Source of the DNA: an uncultured Chloroflexia bacterium
GTDB taxonomy: Bacteria > Chloroflexota > Limnocylindria > Limnocylindrales > CSP1-4
NCBI GenBank assembly: GCA_963752475.1
Contig: CAVVYR010000006.1
Coordinates: 576,001 to 640,000 of the forward strand
Length of the DNA: 64,000 nt
Direction of reading: 5' to 3'
How positions within the stretch are numbered: position 1 is the stretch's first letter; the number at the start of each line of letters is the position of its first letter. The translations under genes were made by a program, and so were the position numbers. The notes beneath the pieces were generated by a model. The model had not been told where the DNA came from and did no database searches. It was given only the letters and a program-made list of their open reading frames with translations. Shown here in pieces: positions 61,882-64,000 of the stretch.

Positions 61882-64000
61882 ATGAGTTCCCACGGCGGCC
61901 CGGGACGCGATGTGCTCTACCGCGCGGAAGCGGAAGCGCGTTCGGCACGTGTCCAGAAGGTCAACTACGAGCTGGAGCTCGAGTTGCTCGAGGGTCGCGA
62001 GATCTACACCGGCCGCGTCGTCATCACCTTCGCACTCCATCCCAACGATGGTCCGTTGTTCCTGGACTTCTCGGGCGGGGTCCGCTCGGTCCGCGCCAAC
62101 GGCGAGGACATCGAGCCCGATCATCGAGATCACCGGTTGTGGTTCACGCCGGAGCAGCTGCGCATGCACAACCGGTTGGTCATCGAGTACGAGAACGACT
62201 ACAACGCCACCGGCGACGGCGTTCACCATTTCGTCGATCCGGAGGACGGCGCGACCTACGTCTACAGCAACTTCGAGCCGTTCTCGGCGCACCGCCTGTT
62301 CCCGTGCTTCGACCAGCCGGACATCAAGGCCAGCTACAAGCTGACGGTGGCGGCACCGGAGAGCTGGAAGGTCGTGACCGCCGAGGCCGCTCTCGGCACC
62401 AGCCTCCTGCGTGGGGGCCGCCGGCTCCACGAGTTCGATGCAACCAGGCCGTTCTCGACGTACCTGTTCTCGCTCATCGCTGGTCCCTACGTGCAGGTCA
62501 AGGACAGCCACGGCGGCCTGGGGCTGGGCCTGTACGGTCGAACCTCGATGCGCGCCGAGCTCGAGCGCAGCGCGGACGAGATCTTCGAGCTCACCGCGCA
62601 GGGTATGGACTACTACGCGGACCTCTTCGGCAGGCCCTATCCGTTTCGCAAGTACGACCAGCTCTTCGTGCCCGAGTTCAACGCGGGCGCCATGGAGAAC
62701 GTCGGTGCCGTCACCTTCCATGACAGCTTCCTGTTCCGCGATCCACCCACGCATGGGCAGCGATTGACCCGCGGTGAGGTCGTGCTCCACGAGCTGGCGC
62801 ACATGTGGTTCGGGGACCTCGTGACGATGCGCTGGTGGGACGATCTCTGGCTCAACGAGACGTTCGCCACCTACCTGTCCTACCGCGCCTTGGCGGATGC
62901 CACTCGCTTCGATGATGCCTGGCTGGTGTTCAACGGCCAGATGCGTCCGGCGGCCTATCGGCAGGATCAGCTCGCGACCACCCATCCGGTGGCCACCAGC
63001 GTGGACCACACCGACCAGGCCGTGGGCAACTTCGATGCCATCACCTACGAGAAGGGCGCGGCCGTCATCAAGCAGCTCGTCGCGCGTATCGGTGAGGATG
63101 CGTTCCGCAACGGGCTGCACGCCTACATCGACCGCCACGCCTTCGGCAATGCCACCCTGGCTGACTTCCTCGGCGCCCTTGGCGATGCTGCGAGTGAGCC
63201 GCTCGAGGACTGGGCCGCGCTCTGGCTGCAGACGGCTTCGGTCAACGTGATCGGGGCTCACTGGACCGCCGTCGACGGCCGGATCAGCGGGATGTCCCTG
63301 CAGCAGCGAGCGCTCCCGGATCATGAGCTCCTGCGCCCGCACACGACCGAGATCGGCATCGTCAGCCCTGCGGCCGACGACTCGCTCCGGGTCGACAGCA
63401 TCCCCGCGACGATCGACGGGGCCACCGCGGACGTCAGCCAGGCCGTCGGGCGCGGGGAGCCGCTCTTCGTCTTCCCCAACCACCGCGACCACGATTACGC
63501 CCTGTCCGAGCTCGATCCTGTCTCGACCGTGTTCGCACTCGAACGACTACCGGAGCTGCCCGACGCGCTGCTGCGCCAGCAGACCTGGTCGACGCTGTGG
63601 GAGATGGTCCGAGCGACCAGCCTGCGCTCGACCGACTACCTCGAGGCTGTCCGCCGCTGGGCGCCCCGGGAGAGCGACCGCTCCATGGTCGACTCGGTCG
63701 TCAGCCGGGCGGGCGTGGCGCTCCGCCGCTACCTGCCCGCAGACGATCAGGTCGAGGTCGGACGTACTCTGACACGGGCCGCGATCGGGGCCATGCGTAC
63801 CGCCACCGACCCAGACCTGCGGCTGACGTGGGCTCGCACCGCCGCGACGTTCGCGAGCGACCCCGAAGACATCGCCGAGCTGCTCGGCCTGGTGGACGGC
63901 TCCTGGTCGGTCGCCGATGTGGAGGTCGACCAGCTGTTGCGCTGGAGCCTGGCCATCAAGGCCGCAGCCTTCGGCCTCGAAGGAGCGACCGAGCGGGTCC
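61882..64000 (+). CDS. pepN: aminopeptidase N (M1 family), 3' partial
   Basis: In frame from ATG 61882: FPCFDQPDIKA, GAMEN (62686), HELAHMWFGDLVTMRWWDDLWLNE (62788), ITYEKGA; runs off the window end. Confidence 0.94.
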   Translation, partial: MSSHGGPGRDVLYRAEAEARSARVQKVNYELELELLEGREIYTGRVVITFALHPNDGPLFLDFSGGVRSVRANGEDIEPDHRDHRLWFTPEQLRMHNRLVIEYENDYNATGDGVHHFVDPEDGATYVYSNFEPFSAHRLFPCFDQPDIKASYKLTVAAPESWKVVTAEAALGTSLLRGGRRLHEFDATRPFSTYLFSLIAGPYVQVKDSHGGLGLGLYGRTSMRAELERSADEIFELTAQGMDYYADLFGRPYPFRKYDQLFVPEFNAGAMENVGAVTFHDSFLFRDPPTHGQRLTRGEVVLHELAHMWFGDLVTMRWWDDLWLNETFATYLSYRALADATRFDDAWLVFNGQMRPAAYRQDQLATTHPVATSVDHTDQAVGNFDAITYEKGAAVIKQLVARIGEDAFRNGLHAYIDRHAFGNATLADFLGALGDAASEPLEDWAALWLQTASVNVIGAHWTAVDGRISGMSLQQRALPDHELLRPHTTEIGIVSPAADDSLRVDSIPATIDGATADVSQAVGRGEPLFVFPNHRDHDYALSELDPVSTVFALERLPELPDALLRQQTWSTLWEMVRATSLRSTDYLEAVRRWAPRESDRSMVDSVVSRAGVALRRYLPADDQVEVGRTLTRAAIGAMRTATDPDLRLTWARTAATFASDPEDIAELLGLVDGSWSVADVEVDQLLRWSLAIKAAAFGLEGATERV

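Overview
High-GC bacterial chromosomal window. Gene style suggests Chloroflexota, possibly Limnocylindria-like (inference). No rRNA, tRNA, CRISPR array, integrase or transposase was seen. In order, it contains: a fatty-acid synthesis operon (accD-accA-lysine-less accB paralog-accC-fabZ-metallophosphoesterase-fabF-accB-fabH-fabG); an LCP protein; an ECF sigma with a duplicated beta-propeller membrane partner and a secreted paralog; a GGDEF protein and PolX-PHP; a TPR protein and a degenerate methylase/nuclease-like protein; tandem DUF885 genes; several eroded gene remnants; acs, moaA, punA, thyX and katG; an ArsR-DsrE-TusA-SQR sulfide cluster; a DosS/DosR-like block with USPs, Rrf2 and a two-domain multicopper oxidase; add; an S41 protease; a GIY-YIG-GreA fusion; and a partial pepN. 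The most striking unexplained signal is a pair of intergenic loci 21.5 kb apart (36523-36805 on +, 58060-58266 on -). They share DnaA-box-like clusters, a near-identical TTCGTGGACAAGnCGnTTG promoter motif and a GCCCGGAGGGG-closed RNA stem. The first folds into three hairpins that each display nearly the same 13-nt loop, suggesting an undescribed sponge-type small RNA. Other highlights are a BADC-like non-biotinylatable BCCP, the GIY-YIG-GreA fusion and pervasive leaderless promoters. All calls are by-eye motif recognition; no searches were run.
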